Shown piece by piece: positions 26,800 to 38,848 of a DNA stretch of 64,000 nt (the first letter of the stretch is position 1; each line of letters starts with the position of its first letter). The stretch lies in NCBI GenBank assembly GCA_964016885.1, contig OZ024740.1:181784001-181848000 (forward strand), written 5' to 3'. This DNA comes from Eledone cirrhosa. Lineage: Eukaryota. The notes under the pieces are model-generated. The model had not been told where the DNA came from, did not search any database, and was given only the letters and a program-made list of their open reading frames with translations. Both the position numbers and the translations under genes were made by a program.

Positions 26800-27110
26800 A
26801 ACAATATTGGCTGAAACTTATCAAAGTATTTATTATACTCCTGACTTACTTTCTAGTCTGGTAATGAGTTCTACTTTATTGCTTCCCATGGGTCTATGTC
26901 ATCAGCAGAGAGCAGGTTAGAAAATAGAAGTATAGAAGTCTCTGAGTGTCTCTTGCATGATATACCCCAGGAAGATGTTTAACAGTATTTGAGTGAGGAA
27001 ACAGCCTTGACAAACTTCAACTTTTGTCTTGAAGACATTCCCATAGCTATTATTCAGATGAACTGCAAGATTTTAATTTTTATACAGGGCTTGATTTACT
27101 TGGAGAAGGA
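26800..27110 (-). pseudogene. Old RTE/BovB-like reverse transcriptase fragment
   Basis: The minus strand reads VFKTKVEVCQGCFLTQILLNIFLGYIMQE...NLLSADDID, a decayed GVRQG..SP.LFNI / LRFADD motif pair. Confidence 0.7.
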
Positions 27111-29211
27111 CAAAAAGTGCCCAGTCCACATTGTAATGTGGTTGTGTAGGTGACACGACAAAACGCACCCAGCACACACTGTAAGTGTGGTTGGCATTAG
27201 GAAGGACATCCAGCTGTAGAAAACAAGCCGAAATCTGCAGGGTGAGCTAAATATGGTCCTCTGACCTGATTCTCTCCTTAAGGGTCAACCTCTCCTACCC
27301 ATGCTAGAGTCCAAGATGGACATTAAACGATGATGATGATGATGATACTCATATATAAATATGGAGAGAGAGGGAGACAGAGTTGTATGTGTATACGTGT
27401 TATCTGTGTGTTGTGTCTATGTTTACATTTGTTTATGTCGCAAAACATAGCGGTTCAAAGAAAAGAGGTCAACAAAATAGCTACAATGTTTAATAAGTAT
27501 GATTACATCACATCATGGTGGTGTCCCAGCATGACTGCCATCAATTGACTAAAACTAGTGAAAGAATAAAGGAACTGTAGTATAGTGGCTAATGCACTTG
27601 GCTAGCATCTGAAAGATGTAGGGCTTGTTTCTTCACAGGTACCTTTGTCCACTTTTTTCTATTTTTAAGGGAAGTTTACACAATTTTCTCATTTGTGTTT
27701 GCACCAACACATTTCAAATTTCCAATTTTCTCAATGCTTCTTAAGCCAACCAGTTTACAATTATGTCTGAGTTTTAACTATATTCAATATATGTTGAAAG
27801 TTCATGAGAATTTGGAATTGGATGTATCTTTAATATGATTTATGTTTTTCTTAAATCTACGTTTGATTTAAAGCAACACATAGCTGTGTACTGACTGCAT
27901 TAAAAATAAAATTAACTATCAAACAACCATATAGAAAACATGGTTAAATCTAATAGACAGAAACATGTCTACAGTTGTCTCTTGCCTGCAAACAAAAATT
28001 ACAATTTCCTTCCCTTAAGCATATAAATTGACTTTCAGATACCAATTCTAAATTTTATGGGACTTCTAAACAACTGCTGCTAGATTGTTGTTTTTATTTC
28101 TCCAGCTAAGATGGAAATTTAAATTAATAATGAATGTTGTGCATACAGCATTTTGAACATCACTATTTAACACATTTAAATATGTTACTTGACTATATTC
28201 ATATATCTATTCTCATCTGTAACTATATAACCTAATGGCATGTCAAGTTTACATGGCTATTTGTTGCAGTTTATGCATTTCTATGAGATTTAGTCCCCAA
28301 AGCAATGAATATATTTTATAATAGACTACCAAATTGCAAAAAGATCTTCTGCAAAGAAATTGTTTCAGGCATATCATAACATTCTTGTATCTCACTATAA
28401 ACGAAAAGATTAAAGAAAAATGTCAAGATAGAGGTATGTGAATTATATAAGTATTTTGTTATATACTCACATTTGATCATTGTAAACTAACTTTATTCTT
28501 TTCTCACAAACTCTACACACAATGCATGAAAGCAAATTTGTCACTGACTTTATGGAAGTTCTTAAATGAAATATTGTACTATTAAATGTTCATTCTTCTG
28601 GTAGGTAAACATTGTTATGGCATTGTAATAGCAATTCTTTGTTTGTGAGTTCAAATGCTCAGCTAGCATTTTAGTGCATTTTTAGAGTATACATCTTTCA
28701 GTCCATTGATACAAGACTCAGAGAGAATGTTAGCTGCATTATCCTGGTATCATAGCCAAAGGGGGATAATATATATATATTTTTTATAGTTGAAAGTCAT
28801 TCAATCATTCATTTCTATTATGACAATTGGCATGTAACACAGAAATGAAAGTTCATCACTCCAGCCAATATATATATACACACACACACACATATAAGGT
28901 GGGCATGTCGGTGACATAAAAAAAAGTGCCAAGTCCACACTGTAACATGGTTGGGCTGGTGACACACAAAAAGCACCCAGTCCACACTGTAATGTGGTCG
29001 TGTTGGTGACATGACAAAATGTGCTAGGTTCCTCTGTTAGGAGGTCATTTTGGTGTCAGAATAAAAAGCACCCAGTCCACACAGTAAAATTGCCAAAATT
29101 CAGATCAATGTAAGCAAGATATGGTCTCTGGACTTGACTTGTCTCTTAATGTGTCAACCCACATAACCCAAGCAAGCATGGAAGATGGACGTTAAATGAG
29201 GATGATGATGA

Positions 29212-29249
<38 letters not shown>

Positions 29250-29253
<4 letters not shown>

Positions 29254-29860
29254 CATAAATAAATTGAGAGAGAGACTGAGCATTTGAGGAATCAAATGCT
29301 GTGTGCAGGAGAGGCGGTTGCGTTGGTATGGACATGTGATGCGTATGAAGGATGACAGCTGCATAAAAAGGTGCAGAACACTAGAAGTCAATGGAAACCA
29401 TGGAGTGGGGAGACCCAAGATGACCTGGGATGAGGTGATAAAAGCCGACCTTACCCAATTACACCTCTCCAAGGCGATGGCACACGACCGTGACCTCTGG
29501 AGTCACGCAGTAATACAGAGTACCCGACCTCCCATGGGTACAAGCTGAAGCATATAGACAATATGCCCCCACACCCTCCCACTGCAAGGTGGTCGTGGAG
29601 GTGCCACGGCAAAAAAACACCCAGTCCACACTGTAAAGTGGACGTGTAGGCGCCACGAAAAAGCACCCAGCACTCACTGTAATTGAGGTTGGTGTTAAGA
29701 AGGGCATCCAGCTGTAGAAATCAAGCCAAATCAGTTCCTGTATGAGCAAGGCATGGTCAGCCGACCAGACACTGCCACAACAGGACAACCCGTCTAACCC
29801 ATGCTAGCATGGAAAAACGGACGTAAGACGGTGATGATGATGATGATGATGATAATGATA
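29250..29860 (+). mobile_element. 5'-truncated RTE LINE (family A) 3' end
   Basis: ORF 29303..29548 reads QERRLRWYGHVMRM...GRPKMTWDEVI, followed by the 3' UTR and a (GAT)n tail. Confidence 0.9.
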
Positions 29861-30251
29861 TATGTCTGTACACATACAGCATGGGTAACCAAAACTGCAC
29901 CAATGTATATATAAATATATATATATTTAGTATTTGGGCATGTACTCATGCCAGAAAATATGAATTTTCCTATGAATTGAAAAAAATAATAAACACCTTT
30001 AATCAATTTTTGGACCTCATCAGGAGTGGTTTTCATCCAAACATCCACAAGGAAACATGTATTTTATGGTCATATATACCCATTCACTCTTAGTATTATT
30101 CTGAAATGGACATGCTAAATTGTACATAATTATCATCCCTGTTGATAATTAATTAAGATATATATTAACAAATGCACTAGCAACCAAAGTGTATGATAAA
30201 GATATATGTGCATATTAAATATGTGTATATTTATATTTTTCATATTTAGTA

Positions 30252-30540
30252 GAGGTGTATGGCCTAGTGGTAAGAGAGTTGGACTTATGATCATAATGTC
30301 ATGGATTGGATTTCTGGTCCGGGGTGTGTGTTGTGTTCTTTAGCAAAACACTTCATTTTAAGTTACTCCAGTATACTCAGCTGAAAAGGAGTACCAGCAA
30401 TAGCTTGGGCTTTAACCCTGCGATGGAGTGGCATACTGTCCAGGGAGGAGTCTTGTACTCTCAGTCACTTCACACCATGCCATGAGACCAGGCTAAGCAC
30501 CGGCCTAATGAGCCTTCTGGCTTAAGACAGACTTAGACTT
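30252..30540 (+). mobile_element. tRNA-derived SINE, family C (A-box TGGCCTAGTGG, CCCTGCGATGGAGTGGCA..GTCCAGGG segment, AGACTT tail repeat)
   Basis: tRNA-like head. The middle segment is shared with family B (GTGTTGTGTTCTTTAGCAAAACACTT), but the 3' half is distinct. Confidence 0.7.
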
Positions 30541-30949
30541 AGATATTTATATTTACATTAGTACAGTTTCGGTTACCCAGTCTGTATGTATACAGATATA
30601 TCTTACTCGTACCGTTTGGCTGCTGCCACAATTCTTAATATTTGATAATGTGAGATATGGACTCACTCTTTTACCAAACGAGAGCAGTGGTGTAGTAGAA
30701 TTGTTAGAAGATGGAATATGAAGCTCCAGGTTACTTGTTATGTCTCTGTGCATTCTGATTTTAAATGCAGCCTCTTGTCATCGGGAAAATATTGATATGG
30801 TAGGCCTGCAGCCCCTTCCATTTAAGCACCCACAAAGTTTCCAAGATACAGCATTATAGAAGCTTGCTAAACTTGCACAGGGGTAAACTATAACAACAAC
30901 TTCAATATACACCTCTTTATCACAGTGTTGTTTTTTCATTATAACCTAT

Positions 30950-31462
30950 AAATGAAGGATGACAGCTGCATAAAAAGGTGCAGAGCACTAGAAGTCGATG
31001 GAAACCGCTGAGTGGGGAGACCCGAGATGACCTGGGATGAGGTGATAAAAGCCGACCTTACACAATTACACCTCTCAAAGGCAATGACACACGACCGTGA
31101 CCTCTGGCGTCATGCAGTAATACAGAGTACCCGACCTCCCATGGGTACAAGCTGAAGCATATAGACAATATGCCCCCACACCCCCCACCGCAAGGTGGTT
31201 GTGGAGGTGCCACGGCAAAAAAACACCCAGCCCACACTGTAAAGTAGATGTGTAGGCACCACGAAAAAGCACCCAGCACTCACTGTAAATGAGGTTGGTG
31301 TTAGGAAGGGCATCCAGCTGTAGAAATCAAGCCAAATCAGTTCCTGTATGAGCAAGGCATGGTCAGCCGACCAGACACTGCCCACAACAGGACAACCCAT
31401 CTAACCCATGCTAGCATGGAAAAACGGACGTAAAACGGTGATGATGATGATGATGATGATGA
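30950..31462 (+). mobile_element. 5'-truncated RTE LINE (family A) 3' end
   Basis: Near-identical to 29345-29850, with a (GAT)n tail. Confidence 0.9.
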
Positions 31463-32549
31463 AATGACTTTATGATGATAATTATGGAGGATGCTCTACA
31501 ATGTGTTAGAAAATTAACTTCACACATGAAAATATATTTATTTCCTGTGTGTAAAACATTTAATGCTACTACACAAAGTTTTAGAAACTCATTTTCTTAA
31601 ATTCTTTATCCACCCACTCATTAAAATGCAGGTTGGAAAAATAAATTACAATATATAACTGAAAATATCTTTCTGCTTGAAAGTAATTGTATATCAGTAT
31701 AGCTTTTTAGAACAGCTTCAACTCCTAAAAGGATACTGATTTTTCATTTCTAATTTAGGTGGTTGATAAAAAATGACACTCATGTGTTATATACTACATA
31801 TAAAACTTGAATTATAGAAGTAATTTCTAATCAGTAGTATCTGTCTCTTTTAATTAAAAAAATATGAGGATAAAACCTGTTATATATATAAAGGAGATGG
31901 CACATCAAGATCACTGGTGTCGTGTTGTACGACAGAAGACCAACCCTCCTATGTACACAGGATGCAACTAACATGTAGAAGACATGAGTCTGCATAAATC
32001 TTGTGTTCTTGCAATGAAAAAAGACCCAGTTCACCCTGCTATGTTGTTGGCATTAGGAAGACTATTCAGCTGCAGAAACCAAGCCAAAATGCAGATCCAT
32101 ATGAGCAAGACATAAATGCACACTAGCCACAAACATCCTATTTTGGCATAGTTTATTTCAAACTTCCAATCTGTACTCTTCATATTTAAAAGACAATAGG
32201 ATGCAATTTGTGAGAGATTTGGCTAACAGGTTGAGTGACCATTTACATACACTTGTATATATTCAATAGCATTTCACTAAGCTGTTAGTTTACTGAATAT
32301 TTTATTGTTCTATATATATATATATATAATTGTTTCTACTTTTGTCAAAAGGCCCGCAATTACCCAGTAGATTACTGGTACTTTATTTTATTGAGCCGTA
32401 AGGAGGAAAGGCAAAGTTAACCTCGGCGGGATTTGATCTCAGAATGGCAAATGACTAATGGACTTTGCACACTTTTCCAAACATCGCATCAATGCAGATG
32501 AAGCCTATCTTAGGCTTCTGCAAGTTACTATTTGTAGGGGAATTTGCAG

Positions 32550-33408
32550 AATATATACTCGAATATAACCCTAGAAATATGTGAAGAAAAAATTGATTAT
32601 AAAATGGGGGTGGGGGTGGCTTATATTCAAGTTCAATAATTTGATTGTTTGCACCAACTTCAAATTCTACATAAATATGATTATTTCTTAATGAAACACT
32701 GTTTTCTACATATCATGAGTTTTATTTATGCATTACCATGTGAACAACCCACCCAAATTTTTATTATTTGTACTTTTTAATAGATAGATATCCCCAACAC
32801 ATATACATTGACACACATGCACACATGCATGCCAACTGTATTTTTCTGTGACTTAATTATACTTTTTTTTTAAATCTTGTTTTGCTCTCACCCTCTCATT
32901 TTCTTACTCTACCTCTCCTCACTCCTGCTTGCTATCTCTTCTTCCCCCTTCTACTCAATATCCTTATACAGTGTTCTCTTTTAACTATTGCTTATTCATT
33001 TCTATCACTCCATAGTGTTTTTAAGGATCTCCATAATGGTTAAAGAAAATGTTAGTGGGTAAATAATATTTTAAACTCAAAATATATTTTCATTTCTTTA
33101 TATTATATTAACTTAGAATTTTCTCATGCTATTTTATTTTCCAATTATCAAGAAATAAAATGTTCTCTAAATGCGGGATTTGTGAAACAAAAACTATACT
33201 CTAAATGATACTTAAAACATTTTAAATATCAAACTATTAAAACTTCGTAAATATTTTCTCTACTCATGAAAATTTCAAAACCGTACCATAATGTGTTGAT
33301 TAGGTAACTTAGCTAAAAAATGGGGTTTGGATTTTCACCTATTTCTCAGACATAAAATAAAGGGGTTGGTTTATATTCAAATCAACTTATATTCAATTAT
33401 ATACGGTA
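32550..33408. mobile_element. Decayed Tc1/mariner-superfamily (pogo-like) non-autonomous element
   Basis: The right end ...TTATATTCAAATCAACTTATATTCAATTATATACGGTA resembles TACCGTATATAC-type TIRs. Left remnant ATATATACTCGAATATAA. Confidence 0.45.
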
Positions 33409-33977
33409 TTTTGATCCATAATGTAGGTTAACGTGACTTATCATAACCTAAAGCTATCCTTCTTTTATCCTTTAGTCAAGAGGGTAGATGAGTACCCACA
33501 AACCTTTTTAACAGCCCTGTTACTAATGGGAAGGAAAGAGGAATGTGTTCTTAAACAAGAGGTATGACCTGATTGTTAAAAGCCACAAAGTAGTTCACTG
33601 CAGTATATGCAATCCAGAATACACAAAGACAGAACAATTACCACAAAGGAGCTTATCCAGAATTGTTAAAGTGTCAGGAGGTTATTTGTAGGATCTGTTC
33701 CAGCTCTGTTCATTTTCAGTTCAAATCTGGTGACACTTATACCAATAGCTGTGACAGCAATGGAAAGGCCAGGAAACAGATTCTGATCTGATGATCAGCT
33801 TCTTTCCTTTATTTTTATTTTACATTCTCTGCCAAGGTCGAATATATATTCTATCTTTTTGGTGTTGATAAATTAGTACCAGTTGAGTAGTGAGATTGAT
33901 CTAATATTTTTTTTCCTCCCCAAAAATATTTCTGACATAAAGTCATTATCAGAAATCATTATTAAACTTCTATTGAG

Positions 33978-34081
33978 GATGAAAGGCGAGGTTAACTTTG
34001 CCTTCATCCTTACGGGATCGATAAAATGAAGTACCAGTAATGTACTGGTTAATTGCTGGCCTTGTGCCTAAAGTAGAAACA
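33978..34081 (+). mobile_element. 5'-truncated SINE family A copy with short 5' inversion and 19-bp TSD
   Basis: ATTATTAAACTTCTATTGA lies on both sides. The GGATGAAAGGC at the 5' end is the reverse complement of the family-consensus GCCTTTCATCC (this copy reads GCCTTCATCC). Confidence 0.8.
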
Positions 34082-35035
34082 ATTATTAAACTTCTATTGA
34101 TTAAAACATAAACATCATTACTATGTAGCTCTATTGTCCAATGAGGGTGCTACTACATGGTTGATTGTGATCTTCTTGCAATAGCAGACAAATTTCCTTC
34201 TAATCAAACTCTACTATCTTGAGAAAAGGTAAAATATAATAAGGTTTTGTGTTCCGTACATATCATCATCACTGTTCTTTTAAATTCTGCTTTCCTTGTT
34301 AACAAGGGCTGGACATGTCTACATAGACTAAGTCAGTACTGAAGTGGAGCTGCTCATCTCCCAGACAAGCCAGGGATCTGCATCTTGCTTTAGTGAGTTT
34401 GTGACAGAGTTATTTATTTCAGTAAGTACCACTGCAGGCCAACCACTAATTTAATTAGATAACAAATATAGAAAAACTTTTGTGTATTTTCGCTCGTGTG
34501 TGAACAGTTCAAGGGCCTGTCACCAAAGAGAGAGATTGCTCTTTGCTCCCTCCTTTATAATTCCTAGAATGGAAGTTAAAGGAATACTCTAGAATTCTAC
34601 GGGAAGTAACTCCAGCTACTTTCCTTTGTCTAGAGAGCACTACAATACTCCCATCTCAGACGAGAAGTCGAATAACCAACCGAAGGTCATTGTAGTGAGA
34701 ATAAAACATGAGCTTGCAACTGAAGCAAACAGCAAAAAAGGTACAAAATAAGTAAATGCATTTTACAAAGAATACATTTTGTTGCTGCACACGGATGATA
34801 CAGAAAACATGTAAATGTCACAAGCTGATAATTCAAAGGTAACATAAAGGAGCAGAGAAAAAGTAATGCTCGATGGTTAATTCAAAGTTTCTTCAAAAAT
34901 CAAATAGTTCATACATCACCAGTGTACAGACTTTTCTGACACTGGTTCTATCTGAAACTGAAAAAAGAAGTTTGTTAATGCCACTAGGGGTTAAATGTAT
35001 ATAGTTTTTGACAATTTACTTGGCCATTTTACTGT

Positions 35036-38000
35036 TCAGCCACTTTGTATGACATAAGGTTGTGTGGTATGTGGTGTTTGCGGTGGAGGTAAAGGTGTTG
35101 GTGTGGGAGTGAATGTACGAGGTATGTCAGGCAATGTGATGAGACTTTCAGAGAAAGCCTTCTTTTCTCTGTCTATGGATATTGTCTCTTTTCGACTATT
35201 GACAGCCACTGTGAAATGTTTTGGTGTGTGGGAAAGCACACGAAAAGGTCCATATAGGGTGACGTAAGCGGTCCCTTGACGGAATCATTCCGTATAAAAA
35301 TGTGTGTCCACATAGATATGTCCGATGGAACAGCAGAAGAAATAGACTGGTCACGAGGGTTCATTGGTGGAAGATCCGAGAAATACGAACGAATCCTGCT
35401 GACACATGATGCTGGATCAAGATGCGATGAAACCACCGGTTCTAACATTTGACCAGGAAGAGTCAAGTGGTATCATAAAGAAGTTCAGCTGAGGAGAAAC
35501 TCAAATCTGTCTTAATGGCAGAACAACAGCCAAGAAGCACGATTTGCAAAAATTCGATCCAACGTTGCGGATCAGGAGTAGCTCGAAGTGCAACTTTCAA
35601 CTGTTTGTGAAACCTCTCCACCATTCCATTGGAGGCTGGGTGATAGCTGGTCCTATGAAGGTGATGAGCACCCAAAAGTCGTGATATTTCACGAAATAAG
35701 GAGGCCTCTAACTGGCGTCCTCGATCCGTTGTTATTTTAGAAGGAACACCAAAGCGAGCAATCCAGTTGGAAATGAAAGCTCGGGCAACGGACTGCTGTT
35801 ATGTCCACTAGGGGTATGGCTTCAAGCCACCAAGAGAAACGATCGATACAGGTCAATATATATGTGAACCCCCGACTAACGGGCCATCGACCAACAATAT
35901 CCATGTGAATGTGACGGAAACGAGCGTCCGGCGAGCTGAATTTACCAAGAGGAGCACGAACATGCCGATGAACCTTGAAGCGCTGACACTGCAAACAAGA
36001 ACGTGCCCAACCGGTGATTAAACGACGCATGTTAGGCCAGAAAAATCGGGCCGTGATGAGCTTCACCGTGGCAACTATGCCGGGATGCGACAAGGAATGA
36101 AGTACATCAAAATTGGTACGCTGATGACAATCTGGAACAAGTGGTCTGGGTGAGCCGGTAGAAATGTCGCAAAGAATTTTCCCTTCAGCAGATGGAAGAA
36201 GTAAATATTCAAATTTACAGCAGTAAAACTGGGTGGAAGAAGTATCCAGAGAATCCAAAGAAGGTTGGCAGTCGCAATGGCAACCGAATCAATATGTGCA
36301 GGAGACGCAAGGGAGCACACAGGGAGTCGAGACAGTGCGTCCGCGGGTACGTTGGCAGCTCCAGCTATATGACGAATGTCACTGGTGTACTGGGAGATGA
36401 AATCCAAATGTCTGTATGTCCTCGGAGAGTATCAGTCGGACTTGGTTTGAAGAGCGAATGTGAGTGGTTTATGGTCTGTGAATACCGTGAACTCCCGACC
36501 TTCAAGAAGATGGTGGAAGCGTCTCACAGCAAGATAAACTGCTAAAAGCTCTCTGTCAAAAGTACTGTAACGTTGCTCTGCTGGTTTTAGTTGGCGTGAG
36601 AAAAACGCCAGTGGTTGAAACTGGTGGTTGATTGTATGTTGCAAGCCTACTCCGACAGCATGATCGGATGCATCGCGTTCGCAAAAGGATGAGCCAGAAA
36701 GGAAACTTTAGCTATTTCAGACTTGGCGGATTCTAAAGATTGCAAAGCATCGGCAGAAAGTGAAATGGGAGCATCTTTCTTTTTCGCAGCCTTTAAACAC
36801 TGTGTCAAGGGAAACAACTTGTCCGCACAGTTAGGAATGAAACGACGATAAAAGTTGATTACTCCTAAGGAATGACGTAACTGTATCAATGAGGTGTGGG
36901 GGTGCGATTCGCTGAATCACTTCCACCTTAGATGGCAGAGGTTGAATGCCTTCTGAATCTATAAGATGTCCTAGGAATTCCAGTGAAGCTGTACCAAACA
37001 CACATTTAGCTGGGTTGATTCTGACCTGGTACGATTGAAGACGTTGAAATAACTGAGATAGATGTTGCTGATGATGTTCAGTTGTGTCACTGGCTATTAG
37101 GAGGTCATCCACATTAGCAAACACGAAATCCAATCCAGGCATGACTTCATCGATAAATGTTGGAACGTTCTAGAGGCATACCGCAAGCCAAAAGGCATGG
37201 ACAGGTATTCAAATGAACCAAAGTGGGTGGTCACATCTGTTTTTGGTATGTCCTCTGGATTCATGGGTATTTGATGGTAAGCCCGTACCAGATCTATTTT
37301 AGAAAATATTATGCAATCGTGCAGAACGGATGAAAAATCCTGTAAATTTGGTAAAGGATAACGATCCGGTGTAGTGATGGCATTAAGTCTTCGGTAATCT
37401 CCTACCGGTCTAAAATCCGCTTCACCCTTTCGAGCCAAGTGCAGTGGAGATGCCCATGGGCTGGTGGACGGTCGTATAAGACCGAGCTAGGGCATGTGTT
37501 CGAACTAGTTTCGTGCTTTTTTTACTCTATCCGGAGCCAACCTTCGCGGACGAGAGAAAACAGGTGGACCAGTTGTTGTAACGAAGTGTTGAGTCGAGTG
37601 GGCTGCCTGGTAGGTTTAAATGAAATATCCGTTAACTCGGGAAACGAAGTAAGGAGTGCATGAAACTGGTTTCCAGCGGCAGCCACAAAAAACGACGGAC
37701 TGACAGCAGCATGCGTAGATAAGGATGTGGTAATATCCACAAGTTTCTGGTTCCTGACATCTACCAAAAGTGCTGTAAGAAATCCGCACCGAGAATAGAA
37801 TGAGGTAGGTCGGCAATGACAAAAATCCATTTAAAATATCGACGCAAAGCTACGTCCAATGATAAAGATATCTGTCCATAAGTTTTTATAGGAGACTGGT
37901 TTACTGCGTACAAAGATATGCCGGAAAGAGTTTGCTTTGATAGAGTTGAACCGTAAGGGCCAAATACTGCAGCTAGATCCTGTGTCCACCATAAATGACC

Positions 38001-38124
38001 TATTCAAGACTCGGTCTCTGATAAAGAAAGCACGATAAGGTGAATTAATGAGGGAGAGGTCTGCTGTGCCCAGACTCTCCAATTTTAGTTTTCTGAGGTC
38101 TTGAAAGAGCAGGGCTGAATACAA
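35036..38124 (-). pseudogene. pol: pol of CsRn1-like element (PR-RT-RH-IN), fragmented
   Basis: The series of minus-strand ORFs from 37831..38124 to 35036..35239 carries canonical Gypsy motifs. Confidence 0.9.
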
Positions 38125-38848
38125 TGTTTCGCCTTTTCACGAAAACGCATGCGATACCAACACAAAGACGAGTTGTTGGCGGGGAAATTGGCGCGACGGT
38201 GAAAGGAAGAAGACCGACTTGGTGAACGCCACCTAGATGGCGTTCGATCCCTACATAGTTTAGCTACTTGCCTAGTTAACGCATCAATGGCTCTCAACAT
38301 TGAGTCCTCACGAGATGAGGCAGGCTGGGTTTTGAAAGCAGAAGAGGTGACGACCGAATCTGCCGAGGTAGGTTTCCTAGAAAACTCCATAATTCTGTCC
38401 GCAGAGGCAGCAATTTGTTCTATCGAACTGGTGTCAACCGTAATCACAAGTATGGTTTGCACATTGGTTGGCAAACGGGAGAAGAATAACTTTTTTACGA
38501 AGGAATTGTCCTCTGCTGTTGAGTCACTCAGTTCCCGGATACGCTGTAAAAATTGAGACGGAGTTCTGTCACCCAGGTTTTCCTCTTCCAACAAGGAACG
38601 AAATCTACTCTCAGACGACCTACTGTTCCACCGCAGTACCTCTGTCTTCAGAGACTCGTAGGAAACGCTTTGGGGAGTGTCCGTGATTATGTCTTTTACT
38701 GTAATTGCTAGCGAAGCGGGATTTCACTAATTAGCACGTTTAATTTTTGCTGTTTTTCGTGTACTCCGTTGACCGCAAAATACGCACCGAGCTGGAAAAA
38801 CCACAATTTGGCATCGCCAGAATACGCTGGTAACGATGTGTTGCTCAT
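38085..38848 (-). pseudogene. gag: gag of CsRn1-like element (frameshifted)
   Basis: MSNTSLPAYSGDAKLWFFQLGAYF..., then ORF 38085..38594 LGDRTPSQFL...RLPTNVQTIL...CWYRMRFREKAKHCIQPC. Confidence 0.82.
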
